From: Anolis carolinensis
Lineage: Eukaryota
DNA length: 64,000 nt
Assembly (NCBI RefSeq): GCF_035594765.1
Contig: NC_085843.1
Coordinates: 21,219,955 to 21,283,954 of the forward strand
Direction of reading: 5' to 3'
Under the pieces are notes generated by a model. That model was not told the DNA's origin and ran no database searches. It saw nothing but the letters and a program-made list of their open reading frames with translations. The position numbers and the translations under genes are program-made. This document shows, in pieces, positions 24,467 through 36,362 of the stretch (positions within the stretch are counted from its first letter, which is position 1; every line of letters starts with the position of its first letter).

Positions 24467-25747
24467 TAGGCATGTGCAATCCATGAAAAAAATGGTTCAA
24501 TGCTTGCTTCAAAAGTAAGGGGTGCTGGTGCTTTGTTTTCTAAAGTCATTTCCGAATTTTGAAGCAAAAAATTCAAAACTTTCAAAAAATTTGGAATCTT
24601 CGTATGTACCTCGATAATGGCGGATGCGCATGCACATGAAGGAAAACATTATTGTCAATAGGGAAACTTGAGGGGCTTCTCTCTCCCTCATTTTTTGAGC
24701 TATCCTAATGAAATTTGCTACAGTGGTAGAACACATTTACCACTGTTAGCTCACCAAATCTAAGAATGTTTGACTTATCCTCAGATTTTTGGTGAATTTT
24801 CAAAGTTTTTATTAAAACATTTTTAATAATAACAAAAATCTGTTCCTGGTTTGGAAGTGTTATTTCCTGTTTCATTGGGTTGTTTCTACTTTGAAAGTCA
24901 TTGTTCTACTTCAGAAACTTTGTTTTTGTGGCTGAAACTTTGTTAAATTTATGGACAGAGACTCAACAAACCATAATGTGCTAATTTTTATAGGACCATG
25001 TCCCTTGTGAAAAGACAAAGTTTTGGCAGTGTAATAAAGTTTTGCCATACTTTTATGACAGAACCAATTAGGAAATGTCATTTATCAATAAGGAACAGAA
25101 ATCATAGCACACCATCAAATCACTCCTGACAGATAGCCATCAGCCTCTGAATAAGGAAATCTGTTCCTGGTTTGAAAGTGTTATTTCCTATTTCATTGGG
25201 TTTTCTGGGGCAGAAAGTGTGTGACTTGCCCAAGATCACCCAGTAGGTTTCCATGGCTGAGTGGGGAATCAAGCCACAATTGTAGTCCAACTCTCAAACC
25301 ACTACACTACACCATGCTTAAGAGCTCCATAAAAACCAACCAGGAAGGGAAGGGGGTTTTCTCTCCTGGATAGCAGCGGGTTTAAGAGTCCCATAGAAAC
25401 CAACCAGGAAGGGAAGGGGGTTTTCTCTCCTGAATAGCAGCGGGTTTAAGAGCCGCATAGAAACCAACCAAGAAAGAAAGGGGGTCTTCTCTCCTGGATA
25501 GCCAGGAGAGAAAACGCTCCAGGCTTGGTTTCTATGGGGCTCTTAAACCCCAATGCTAGCCAGGAGATTGGTTGAATTAAAACACTTTCTCATATAGCCG
25601 AAGGTATTCTGAGGCATGGGCGCCACAACGCTTCGAATTGGAAGGGTAATTTGAAGTGCCAAACTACCTCAGAACCCCGTTCGGAACCCAAAATATATAC
25701 AATTTTATTACGATTAACAACGATTCCGATTAATTCACCCATGCCTA
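24467..25747. mobile_element. Second composite non-autonomous hAT, related to 20952-22877
   Basis: TIRs TAGGCATGTG / CCCATGCCTA; 24500-24950 is collinear with 21000-21432; contains CR1 and SINE pieces and 64-bp repeats; TSD not clean. Confidence 0.8.
25319..25567. repeat. Three 64-bp tandem units plus one inverted unit
   Basis: TAAGAG at 25319, 25383 and 25447; reverse-complement unit at about 25500-25567. Confidence 0.9.
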
Positions 25748-26066
25748 ATGGTTACTAAAGAAGGAACAACATGCACAAATAAGGGAGAATATTAATGGAT
25801 TGCTAATCCAGCAATTTATGTCTAGCTCTGACCCACTAGTCTCCTCAGGGGTGAGCATATTGGGATCAATATCAGATGATTTTGTGACAAGCAAATAGAA
25901 TTAACTACTTTACTGCAGACTATTGTTGCAGCTAGACAAAGACTTTTATTGTTGTATGCTGCACACACAGTAAGGGAAATTCTGCCTAGCACAGAATATT
26001 AACAATTACCAGTTGTCATTATTTTGTCCATTCATTTATTACCTCCTGTTCAAGTGTATTGTAGTC

Positions 26067-26201
26067 CAATGGCTCCCAAACCGGGGTCCCCAGATGTTTT
26101 TGGCTTTCAACTCTCAGAAATCCTAACGGCTGGTAAATTGGCTGTGATTTCTGGGAGTTGTAAGCCAAAAACATCTGGGGACCCCAGGTTGAGATCCACT
26201 G
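26067..26201. mobile_element. hAT-Charlie MITE (diverged)
   Basis: Same body as 9402; TSD TTGTAGTC/ATGTAGTG. Confidence 0.8.
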
Positions 26202-26629
26202 ATGTAGTGATTTGAACATTGGGCTATGACTCTGCAAGTGAGAATTTAATATCTCGCTCAGCCACAGAAGCCACTGAGTGACCTTGGGTGAGACACACAT
26301 TCTCAGTGCCAGAAGAAAAACATGTTAAGTTTGCCATAGAATTGCTGTGAGTAGGAAATGACTTGAAGTCAGAGAATAACAAGATAAGTCTGCTTATGTC
26401 TTTCTTCAAGGAATGGGCTTTTCTCCTTCACCCTAAACTACATGAATAATTGTTTTCCTTTTATATGCCCCCCCTTTTTTCTGGAAGCTTCTAAGCTTGT
26501 AGTCAAAGAAACATAAAATCCACAGTCAGCTCATTTTATGTGGCTTTTCCTTGGGTGAAAAAGGGGTGACTTTGGATCTCTTGACAATGCTTTACAAGTT
26601 TATGAAAAGTTGGTTCACATCCTCTAGAG

Positions 26630-26764
26630 CAGTGGTTCTCAACCTTTGGATCCCTTGGTGTTTTGGCCTACAACTCCTAGAAATCGCAGAGAGTTTACCA
26701 GCGGTTGGGATTTCTGGGAATTGAAGGCCAAAACATCTGGGGAACCACAGGTTGAGAACCATTG
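26630..26764. mobile_element. hAT-Charlie MITE
   Basis: TIRs; TSD CTCTAGAG/CTTTAGAG. Confidence 0.88.
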
Positions 26765-27495
26765 CTTTAGAGCCTGGACCTGGATTGCAATACCACTACC
26801 AAGTCTCCCCACTGCTGCTATAACTCTATCTAGCGGTATCTCGGAGAATAAGTGGGAAGGCAAATATCCTTGATATGGTTGAGAAAATACCACTTGATTC
26901 AATAAACATCTGTGCCTTTTCCATTTCTGTTTTATACATAATTCCTGTTATTGTTTTTTTCTCAAACATCAGAAACCATTAAGAATATAATCTTCAGAAC
27001 TCCTGAAGTTCCTAGGACTACTTATTCTTCAATGTGTCTTCCTATTAAAAAGTATATAAAATCTGACTTCTTAAAAGGAGTGAAGAAAAAAAGAATGCTA
27101 TAGAGAAATTGTACATTTTCAAGAGTCTTTCTGGAGTCTCTCTGTATGATACAAACAATTTTAAAAGATAAAGAAGGCAACTATTTTCATGGGCAATCAG
27201 CATGCCAGCTTACTTTGTGTGTTTTAACTTATACACCAATAGTAATGAAAATATATAATACACCTCAGCATGGAACAGGTCAGAAAAATAGGCTGTGTCA
27301 CAGCTCAGAATAAGGTATTTGGGTCTTAACTGTGCAGGCAACTTAATGCTTCTGCACCCTCTTTTTGTGGCCGGTTGATAATTATTTAGAATTCATAACT
27401 TGTGTAAGCCGCCCTGAGTCCCCTCGGGGAGAAGGGCGGGGTAGAAATAGCGGAAATAAATAAATAAATAAACTTTACAGTACAATCCCCTTATA

Positions 27496-27818
27496 CAGTG
27501 GAGTCTCACTTATCCAACATTTGCTTATCCAACGTTCTGGATTATCCAACACATTTTTGTAGTCAATGTTTTCAATACATCTTGATATTTTGGTGCTAAA
27601 TTTGTAAATACAGTAATAACTATGTAGCATTACTGCATATTGAACTACTTTTTCTGTCAAAATTGTTGTATAACATGATGTTTTAGTGCTTAATTTGTAA
27701 AATCATAACCTAATTTGATGTTTAATAGGCTTTTCCTTAATCTCTCCTTATTATCCAACATATTTGCTTATCCAACACTCTGCCGGCCCGTTTATGTTGG
27801 ATAAGTGAGACTCTACTG
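27496..27818. mobile_element. Tc1/pogo-type MITE, third copy
   Basis: Same TIRs and TA TSD; a partial terminus also lies at 27876-27917. Confidence 0.9.
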
Positions 27819-27850
27819 TACATAGATTTCCCTTACTCATGCCTCCCCAT

Positions 27851-27882
<32 letters not shown>

Positions 27883-27917
27883 TCTTGCTTATCCAACATA
27901 AACGGGCTGGCAGAACA

Positions 27918-28026
27918 CTGTGCATAGGAATTTGTTAATTTTTTTTCAAAGTAATCTGCCCCCCCCCCCCCCACAACAGTCTAAGGGACCGTGAACTGTA
28001 CTCTGCTTTAGGTTTGAGGACTCATG
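27918..28026 (+). mobile_element. OC1/OposCharlie1-like hAT MITE right end
   Basis: GTGCATAGGAATTTGTT...AACAGTCTAAGGGACCGTGAACTG...GTTTGAGGAC resembles the OC1 non-autonomous 3' end (from memory). Confidence 0.6.
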
Positions 28027-29327
28027 CTCTTTGGTTTCAGGCATTCATGTTGAGGGACGGCCTTGGAGTGTATCTCATGCAGATGCGGGGTCATATAAAA
28101 CTCCAAAGATAGGAACGCAAAACTGCCATCTTGAAGAAAGTCATATGCAACTCCTACATTTAGCTTCTGTTTTTGATACCAGATGTGGCCATCCATAAAA
28201 TCCAGTTTTCATGAGAAAGAGGGAACAAATGTCTTGCTGCATGGCCAGTATTTGTTATGTATGATATGATGACAAGCATATAATTGGTTCTTGATGTATT
28301 TTTCTTGCATTGGTTGGAAATTCAATATTTTTCATTGTTACCTACTCAACCAAATGTCTAAGTTTCGTAAGATGTTTAATGGTATTAGTTCTATATTTAA
28401 ATTGAGCATATTACCTTGCTCTTTTAGTTTTGCAAAGGTCAGGTGAATGTAAAAATTAAAGGCTGTACTGAAGGCATTTGAGAAAAGTGTTCAAACTTCA
28501 AAGTCCTGTAATCACTATAATAGGTGATCTTATTAGTATCAAGTAAATTTCTAAAAAGTGATAAGGACTGGTGGAGACTGTATGTAGCATTGTAATGAGG
28601 TTAAATATTTAGGTATTTTAAATTGTTAGATTTGAGAGGGAGAAAAGCTCTAAGGCCAATGAAAATGAATTCAGTACTTGGAAATAATAAGGAAAGACCA
28701 TGAGGCTAGTTTGGGCATGGCCTATGACCCTGGAAACCAAGGTTTAAATCCTTTGCTTGGCTATGGAAACTCACTGGGTGACATTGGGGAGTCATTTGCT
28801 CCCAGCTTCTGATGATGGCAACTCTCTTCTGAACAAATGGAGCCCAGAAAACCTATCATAGGTTCATCTGAGTTAGAAATAACTTAAAAGACACTACAAC
28901 AACCATGAGGTTGAACTTTGGCCATGTTTTATTTTATGGATCTTTATTTCAGTGCCTATCATTTAGTTTACTTAGACAAATGTTCTTGGATGCTGGTTTT
29001 TTTTTTAACAAACTTTCCAGCCTTGGCAAGACACAGTCATTAACACCCCATGTCCTCCAAAACATGGATTGCAGTTTTGAATTATAGGGAGATTATTTCA
29101 TATGCAGCCCAGAAAAAAGCAATATCTCAACATTCTCTTCTCCCTAACTTACACTGCTTTAAGCAAAACTTCCTAAGTCACACACACCCATTTGATCAGA
29201 TGTAGAAAATTAATTAACCTATAGCAGATGTCCAGATAGGCAGGCTAAGATTATTTTGGACCTCAGCAATAGATATGCACAACTCTTATTCTTGCAGTCA
29301 CACTATCAATTTTCCCATGTTAGCTCA

Positions 29328-30418
29328 TTTATTTTTTATTTATTTTTTATTTAAACTTATATGCCGCCACTCCCCTAGGGCTCGGGGTGGCTTACAAGAA
29401 AGGCTAAAATCTAACAATTTAAAAACATCTTTAAAATATATATTTTTAAAAAATCTCAAAAACACTCCTCCAGGGCTCGGAGTGGCTTACAAAAACAGCT
29501 AAAATCTAAGCAATTTAAAAACAGCAATAGCGGAGATCAAAAGCCTGCTGAAACAGGTGTGTCTTAACTGCCCTGCGGAAGACTGATAAGTCCTGCAAGG
29601 CACGAACTTCAGGCGGCAGAATGTTCCAGAGTGATGGCGCCACTGATGTAAAAGCTCTACGTCTAGTTGCTGTTAGGCGCAAGGTCTTAAAACTGGGAAC
29701 TTCCAAAAGATCTTGCTCCTCCGAACGGAGAGATCTCTGGGGTTGGTAGGGGGTGAGGCGGTCCCTCAGGTACATTGGCCCTAGACCATGTAAGGCCTTA
29801 AAGGTAAGCACTATCACTTTGAAAGTGATCCGGTGCTCAATTGGTAACCAGTGCAGCTGTAGTGGGATTGGTGTTATATGACATCTCATCGGGACTCCCG
29901 CAAGAAGTCGAGCAGCTGCATTTTGTACCAACTTGAGCTTCCAGATCACCGACAAAGGAAGGCCAATGTAGAGGGCATTACAGTAGTCCAGTCTTGAGAT
30001 GACTGTGGCCTGGATCACTGTAGCTAAGTCATCCCTTGACAGATAGGGGGCCAGCCGTCTAGCCTGCCGCAGGTGAAAGAAGGCGGTTCTACTAATGGTG
30101 GAGACCTGGGCTTCCATCGTCAGCAGAGGGTCCAAAAGGACTCCTAAACTCTTTACCAATGATGACGGGCGTAGCGCCTTGCCATCCAAGGTAGGCAACT
30201 GGATATCCCCACTGCCCGGTTGACCCAGCCATAAGATCTCCGTCTTTGCTGGATTCACCCTCAACCTGCTGGCACGCAGCCATCCAGTAATAGCCTCGAG
30301 GCATTGATGAAAGTTATCAGGTAAAGAGTCCTGTCGGCCTTCCATCTTCAACATAAGCTGAGTGTCATCAGCGTACTGGTAGCACTCGAGTCCGAAACCT
30401 CGAACCAGCTGAGCAAGT
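29328..30418 (-). mobile_element. L2 LINE, 5'-truncated, young
   Basis: Open frame from YADDTQL through RVNPAKTE, KSLGVLLD, ISRLDYCNALY, LVQNAAARLL, LHWLP, APSLWN (ORF 29515-30354); duplicated 3' stem-loop. Confidence 0.95.
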
Positions 30419-30747
30419 CATGACTCTGATATTAACACGATGCTCTGATGTCAGTGAATCCCCACTTGGTTTTAGTCTGAATTATAAAGGAGATGTCCAA
30501 AGGGCTGAATCCTGTCCCATAAATAATTCAGGATCTCAGATAGCTCCTTTAATGTTTAAACTAAAACCCACAGTAAATACCCTAGAATTAGATCCACTAG
30601 CCATCACCTTGTGCTTCTCATCCACTCTGTCTTGCTGTTTGGAATATTCCCCTCATGTAAAGGTCCTGATCTGTGTCGGCAGAGCAAAGAGGAATGGGTT
30701 TCTTCTATCAAATGGATATCAGCTCAGATCCCAAGAGAGGTTCAAAT

Positions 30748-31116
30748 TGTTGAAGTGGGAATGATTGTATATAGAGTTGTTTAAATGTAATTGAGTTATA
30801 GTGATGCAATGTGAGCTGGGGATTGCATCATGCACTGTCTGCTGTCCGCTATGCAAGTGTGCAAGTGTGTAAAGAGTTAACTGAGTGTTGCATCATACAG
30901 CAGAGGTGTTTATATATATAGCCTTCTGCTTCCTGTATTCTCTCTCTGGTTATCTGCTCTCTGCACTCTGTCTGTATGTATATTGTCTTGTGAGAGTTTT
31001 CCGTTCACCATTAAACCTGTTTACAGATAGTTGAAGTCTCCAGCCTCGTTACTGGTACCAGTGCTTCTACGTGAGTCTTCTGCTGCGTGTGTGCTTATCC
31101 AAACCGCGCTCTGACA
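30748..31116 (+). mobile_element. Copia 5' LTR (369 bp)
   Basis: TGTTGA...TGACA termini, TATA tract at 30911-30920, ATTAAA at about 31010, PBS immediately downstream. Confidence 0.85.
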
Positions 31117-31118
31117 GT

Positions 31119-31132
31119 GGTTATGGGCCCAG
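31119..31132 (+). promoter_or_regulatory. Primer-binding site complementary to the tRNAi-Met anticodon arm (half-tRNA priming)
   Basis: GGTTATGGGCCCAG is the reverse complement of CTGGGCCCATAACC in tRNAiMet, as in Drosophila copia. Confidence 0.9.
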
Positions 31133-31632
31133 TCTGCCCAGTTTGCCCAGTTTGCCCAGAGTTCAGAAGTCCAGCGGAACCCAGAGGAACCCAGAAGGAC
31201 CAGTGACTCCAGCTGAACCAGCACCAGAGCCTGCTACTCCAGAACCTGTGACTGTGCCAGAACCAGACCAGTTTCCAGTGTACCCAGTATACTGTCCAGT
31301 CTGTGTGGAGCCAGAAGTCCGGGAGCTGAGTGGTGAGCTGAGCCGTGTGCTGTGTGAAGGAAGCCATTCTGGTGAGCCGTGCTTAAGCTGCTTGAGGGGG
31401 AGAGTTTTGTCTTCGGAGGAAGCAAACTTTGTCCGTAGCAGCAGAAAAACCGTGGTTTGCAGCGGAGCGTGCTGAGCTTCAGAGAAATTTACGAAGCGAA
31501 CGTGCAAAGGAAAAGCCATAAAAAGCCATAAATTCCTGTGAAGGTGAGGACTGCCGGGCTGTGCTGAGCGTGTGTGTCGTCAGCTGCTAAAGGCTTTATC
31601 TCGGGGAATCGAGGGTCCTCCAGGAAGGCAGA

Positions 31633-33641
31633 ATGGCAAGTTCAAATCCTTTGACTGTTTTTGGTAAATTAAATGACAGAAATTATAAGGAGTGGAGTAT
31701 TTATGTGAAGCATCTGTTAGTCAGAGAAGGACTACAAAACACTATATTAGGAACGGAACAAGACGCAGTGAAAAATGGGAGAGGACTGGCAACATTGGTT
31801 TTGAGTTTAATGCCAAGTCAGTTGGTTCATGTGCAGAATTTGCAAACTGCACAGGAGGTATGGAATGTGTTGAAGCAAGAGCATCAGAGACAGAGTACTC
31901 TTGGAAAAATGATTTGGACTAAACGCCTTTATAGAACTACATTGGAAGGAGCAGATGTGAGGCAACATGTGAAGAGGATGAAAGATTTGTTTATTGAATG
32001 CCAAAACAGAGGTGTTCAGATTGCTAAAGAGCAACAGGCTTATATTATGATGTCCAGCTTAACTGCTGATTGGGATCATCTGTTGCATTCCTTGCAAAAT
32101 GTGCCAGAAGGAGATCTGAGTCTGGATTTAGTGTGTTCCAGGATTTTGGAAGAAGCTGAACGTCTGGAGTTTGAGAGAGGAGCCTCGTGTGGGAGAAGTT
32201 ACCAGAGCGAGGGGGAGTCAACTCCAGAGATGCCAAGCCAGACAGCTGCTTGTGCGAGTGTGAGAGCTGTAAGGAGATGTTTTATTTGCAACAGGCCAGA
32301 CCATTTAGCAAGAAATTGCCAGAGCTGAGGAAGACATCAAGAGGACACCAATCCAGAGGTGGACACAAGAGGAGTGGACTGAACAATAATCCTGAGCCGA
32401 GAGATTTGATGGCTGCAAATGAAGATGGAAACAGCGAAAGAAGTAACAAATGGGTTTTGGACTCAGGTGCCACTCACCATATAACAAATGATATTTCTCT
32501 GTTGAGAGATGTACAAGATTTGGAAACAACAAATGTAACATTGGCTGATGGGTCATTTAAATGGTTTTCTAAATTTGGAACCTGTTATATTCCATGTTTG
32601 AAATTGCATTGGGAGAAAGTTTTGTATGTGCCAGAAATGAAGACAAATTTGTTAAGTGTAGCCACATTGACTGATCAACAGTTTAAAGTGTTCTTTAAAG
32701 GAATTTATTATGTTCGTGATAGGGAAGGAAAATTGATTGGCAAAGGAGTAAAAAGAAACAGAATGTATTAAATGTTTGAAAAAGTGAACAACATTGATGG
32801 AGAAAATGTAGAAGTTATGTGCGTAGGAGGTCAAATTCAACATGATCGTTCTCTGCATTTATTCCACCGAGTGATGGGTCATGCTAGTATGGAGACATTA
32901 AAGAAGACACTCAATTTGTGCCCTAATCATAAAATGGAGTCATGTAACTATGATTTAGATTGTGCCATATGTAATGAAGTGAAGGAAGATCCTGTAAAAT
33001 TTTACGAGAGATCTAAAATAAGTGTTGATGGCATGTTTGAAAAGGCACATGTACATATTGAGGGACCTTTTGACAAAAGTACTGGTGGATCTAAATATAT
33101 GATGCTTGTTGTAGAAAGAATGAGCAGATTTGGTTATGCATATTTCTTTGCAAACTTATCAGAAGCAACTAAAAAATTGAATGATTGGCTAAATTTGGTA
33201 GAAAATGTGTATGAAAAGAAATTGGACACTTTAATAATTGACAAAGGTGCAGGAGTCTGTGGCAGTGAATTTAAAGCATTGTTAAGGTCAAAGAATATTA
33301 ATTGGATTGAAATTGAACAAATGAAAGGTGAAGAAGGTGTTGCTGAAAAAAGAGCACAACTTTTAAATGTGATGAAATTGTGTATGTTTAAAGACAGCCA
33401 TATAGCTAACAATTATTGGCCAGAAGTGTTACACACGTGTAATTATTTGACAAACAGGCTATGGGATGAGTGTGTGCAAGACATTCCTTTTCGTAAAATG
33501 TATGGTCATGTACCAAATTACAAGTTTTTGAGAATATTTGGCCAGAGAGCAAATATAGTCATCCCAGCCAGTGAGAGAGCAAATAAGAAAGAAAAATACA
33601 AAGAGATGACGTTTATTGGGTACAGTAAAAAATCTTCTTGA
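31633..33641 (+). pseudogene. Copia gag-protease-integrase, disrupted; RT/RNaseH absent
   Basis: Gag LNDRNYKEW, zinc knuckle CFICNRPDHLARNC, protease WVLDSGATHH, pre-integrase FHRVMGH..CAIC, core ..GVAE..YWPE..YLTNR..LRIFG..FIGY; frame change near 32325 and in-frame TAA at 32769-32771. Confidence 0.92.
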
Positions 33642-35689
33642 TCATTCTAAGTTTTGGCATATATATACACGTTTTGGACTATCTGTGGGATATACACATT
33701 TTTACACTTTGGAATCTTCGCTTTGACTGATGACTTCAGTCAGGTCCAGGAAAAAAACTGCACATAGAAAAATGTGCAAACTCCAAATATATGTAAACAC
33801 TGCAAGAATCTAATTCAATCAATATGTGAAGGGAGGCAGGGAAATTAAAAATGTGCACATAATGATCACATTGAAAGAATCACCAAAAATGGTATCCACA
33901 CTGCTAAGAAGGAAGAAGGCATGCTTGAATGTAGGAAAGGGGGCATATTATAAATCAGCTGATCTTAAGTACTAGATTTCAATGGAGGACATTTCTGATT
34001 TCTTATTTAGACAGCCACAGATGTGGCATCATCATTCTGAATTTTGTTAAGATTAAAATCCTAGCAATAATTGGAGGAGAGTTCTGCGATTTATCAATAG
34101 AACCAGTTACAAATCTTAACTTGGCCATAATATGCTTTGGAGGTTTGCCTCTCTGCAAATCATAATATGCTTTGCCTCTCAGTCTAGCCTAGGTCACATG
34201 GCTAATATGTGGAAATATTATGCACATGTATATACACATACACACATATGTCAAGAAGGTTGATTGTTGAAAATTATGGCACCGTTAAATCTTTGCAGCC
34301 ATTGTGGATTATAAATATACATACATCCCAGGAGAAAACCTGAGATTGTTTGGTCTAACTGTCTCTCTAAGTACCTGGGGGAAAAATGACTCTGGCCTTT
34401 TGCAGGTAAAGCAATTTCTTTCTATCTCAAATAATCAGTGTTTGTGTCTTGAGTCAATTTCCATCCACTTTAGTAGGTGACGCAAGTCATAACAATGACC
34501 ACAGTTACTCTGTCTGGTAATATGCAGTGAAGTGCTGTTTTATTTTGTCACTTGGAAAATGGCAAATTGTTTGAAATTTGCACAAACATGGCTAATGCCC
34601 TCAGTGTGATGGGCAAGAGATTGCATTCTGCATTCTGAGCTATTTAAATGCCATTCCACACACTGTGTGAAACATCTTATTAGGTTTACCATTAACCACC
34701 TGACATAAGTCATCTTACAAGTCAACAGAGTTGCTAGTTAATGTTAACAAATGTGACAGTCACACACCATTGCCCCTTCTTGCCTTTCATCTTTTATTAT
34801 GTCAATGTTATGTAAGCACGGTCTTCAGGAGGACAAATCGATAGTACTGTAGCAAGTATTTATCATAATCCAACAAGCACATTGACTTGCATGCTTTTCC
34901 CTCTCCGTAGTATCCGGGAACACACAGACACACTGATTTCCTCTATAGTGGATTTCTCTGGAAGGATTTCTCTGAAAGTACTGTTGAGTTGGAAGCCCTT
35001 TTCAGATGCATACTTTCTCAGTTTTTCCCAAAACTGCCCACTTTGTGGGGCTGATATAAAGAACAACAGTTTGCAGATTGAATCAGACTAAAGAGATTTT
35101 CAGACTGAATTGAACCATCTAGTCCAGTGCTTTTAGCTAGTGAACCAGTAGTGGCAGCCCTAATATTTTGTCAGACTTGTCTGTCATCTTGATACCTAAA
35201 GAACTCCAAGGATGCTCTGTAGCACAGCACTCCAGTATTTCAGTTAGTGGAGATGCAGCCTGGAACTCACTGTATGTAAACCAAATATTCTACCATTAAT
35301 CTGCTGCCCATATCTTGAACAAAGCAGTGTAGATGTCCTTGTCAATTGAAACCATGTGAATTTGTGTTTTCATATCATAAGGTTTGCATATAATAAAGTT
35401 TGCATATGGATGTTTCTAGATTTTCCATCTTCAAACTTGTCTGCAAGGCAAGACAGCATTAGACAAAGAACAGCAGGTGAAGTTACCTATCTCAAGGCAG
35501 TGGAGGTCTAAGACTGCAGATTCCAATTGTCTGAATAGTTGAGAAGTTGTAAGATGAAAAATGTCATATGGCACGTATTTAGGAAGGCATTTGAATGTAA
35601 AAGCTACAAACATATAAATTTATTTTCATTTTCTGTATGTGCATATGTACCTTCAAGTTGCCTGTTGACTTCAGAATGACCTTAACAAA

Positions 35690-36362
35690 TTAGAGAGCTG
35701 GGCCAAACCTAACAAAATTAATTTAACAAGGACAAATCGATACTACACTTAGGCAGAAAAAATGAAATGCAAAGATACAGAATGGGTGATATCAGTACAG
35801 TGTTTGCTCACTTATTTTGGGGGTTACGTTCCAGGACCACTCGCAATAAGTGAAAATCTGTGAAGTAGGGGCCCTATACTTATTTTAATATTTGCACATT
35901 ATATTAGTAGTTAGATGGCCTTTCTCCCCTTTAAAAGCCTTCTTCCTGTGCTGCTTCTTGGCACCCTCCACTCTGGTGCCTGCCAGTTTCCCTTTTGCAC
36001 ATGCACCTCCCTCTCGTCAGCATCCAGAGTGGTCTGGCTGAATGCCAACGAGAGGGAGGATGCATGCGCAAATGGGGAAACTGGCAGGCACAGCTGTTCA
36101 GAAAAAACCACGAAGCAGTGAGGGATCAAAAAGCGAACCACAAAGTAGAGAGGGAACACTGTACATGTGAAAAAGATCTTAGGAATTTTCATGGACAACA
36201 AGCTGAACATGAGCCAACAATGTGATGTAGCAGTTACAAAACTTAATGGGATTTTGGGCTGCATCAAAAGGAGGCTGGATGGCCATCTGTTGGAGGTACT
36301 TTGTGTTTTTTCTGCATGGCAGGGGGTTGGACTAGATGGCCCATGTATTCTATGATTCTATA
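35690..36362 (+). mobile_element. CR1 3' fragment split by a MITE
   Basis: TTAACAAGGACAAAT..CACTTAGGCAGAAAAAATGAAATGC; EKDLGI..DNKLNMSQQC; ATTCTATGATTCTA tail. Confidence 0.85.
35798..36161. mobile_element. Tigger/pogo-like MITE inserted at a TA in CR1
   Basis: CAGTGTTTGCTCACTT...AGAGGGAACACTG; TA duplicated within CR1 CAGTA|CATGTG. Confidence 0.8.

Noticed and set aside
25319-25503. Regular 64-bp repeats resembling a CRISPR array
   Set aside because: Whole units repeat without unique spacers, there are no cas genes, and the context is eukaryotic.
31071-31519. Pro-rich and Gly/Ser-rich ORFs in the Copia leader
   Set aside because: Explained by CCAG-rich low-complexity repeats that are open on both strands.
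32300-32340. Programmed gag-pol frameshift
   Set aside because: Copia normally has a single ORF, no clear slippery heptamer sits at the junction, and an independent nonsense codon shows the copy is decaying.
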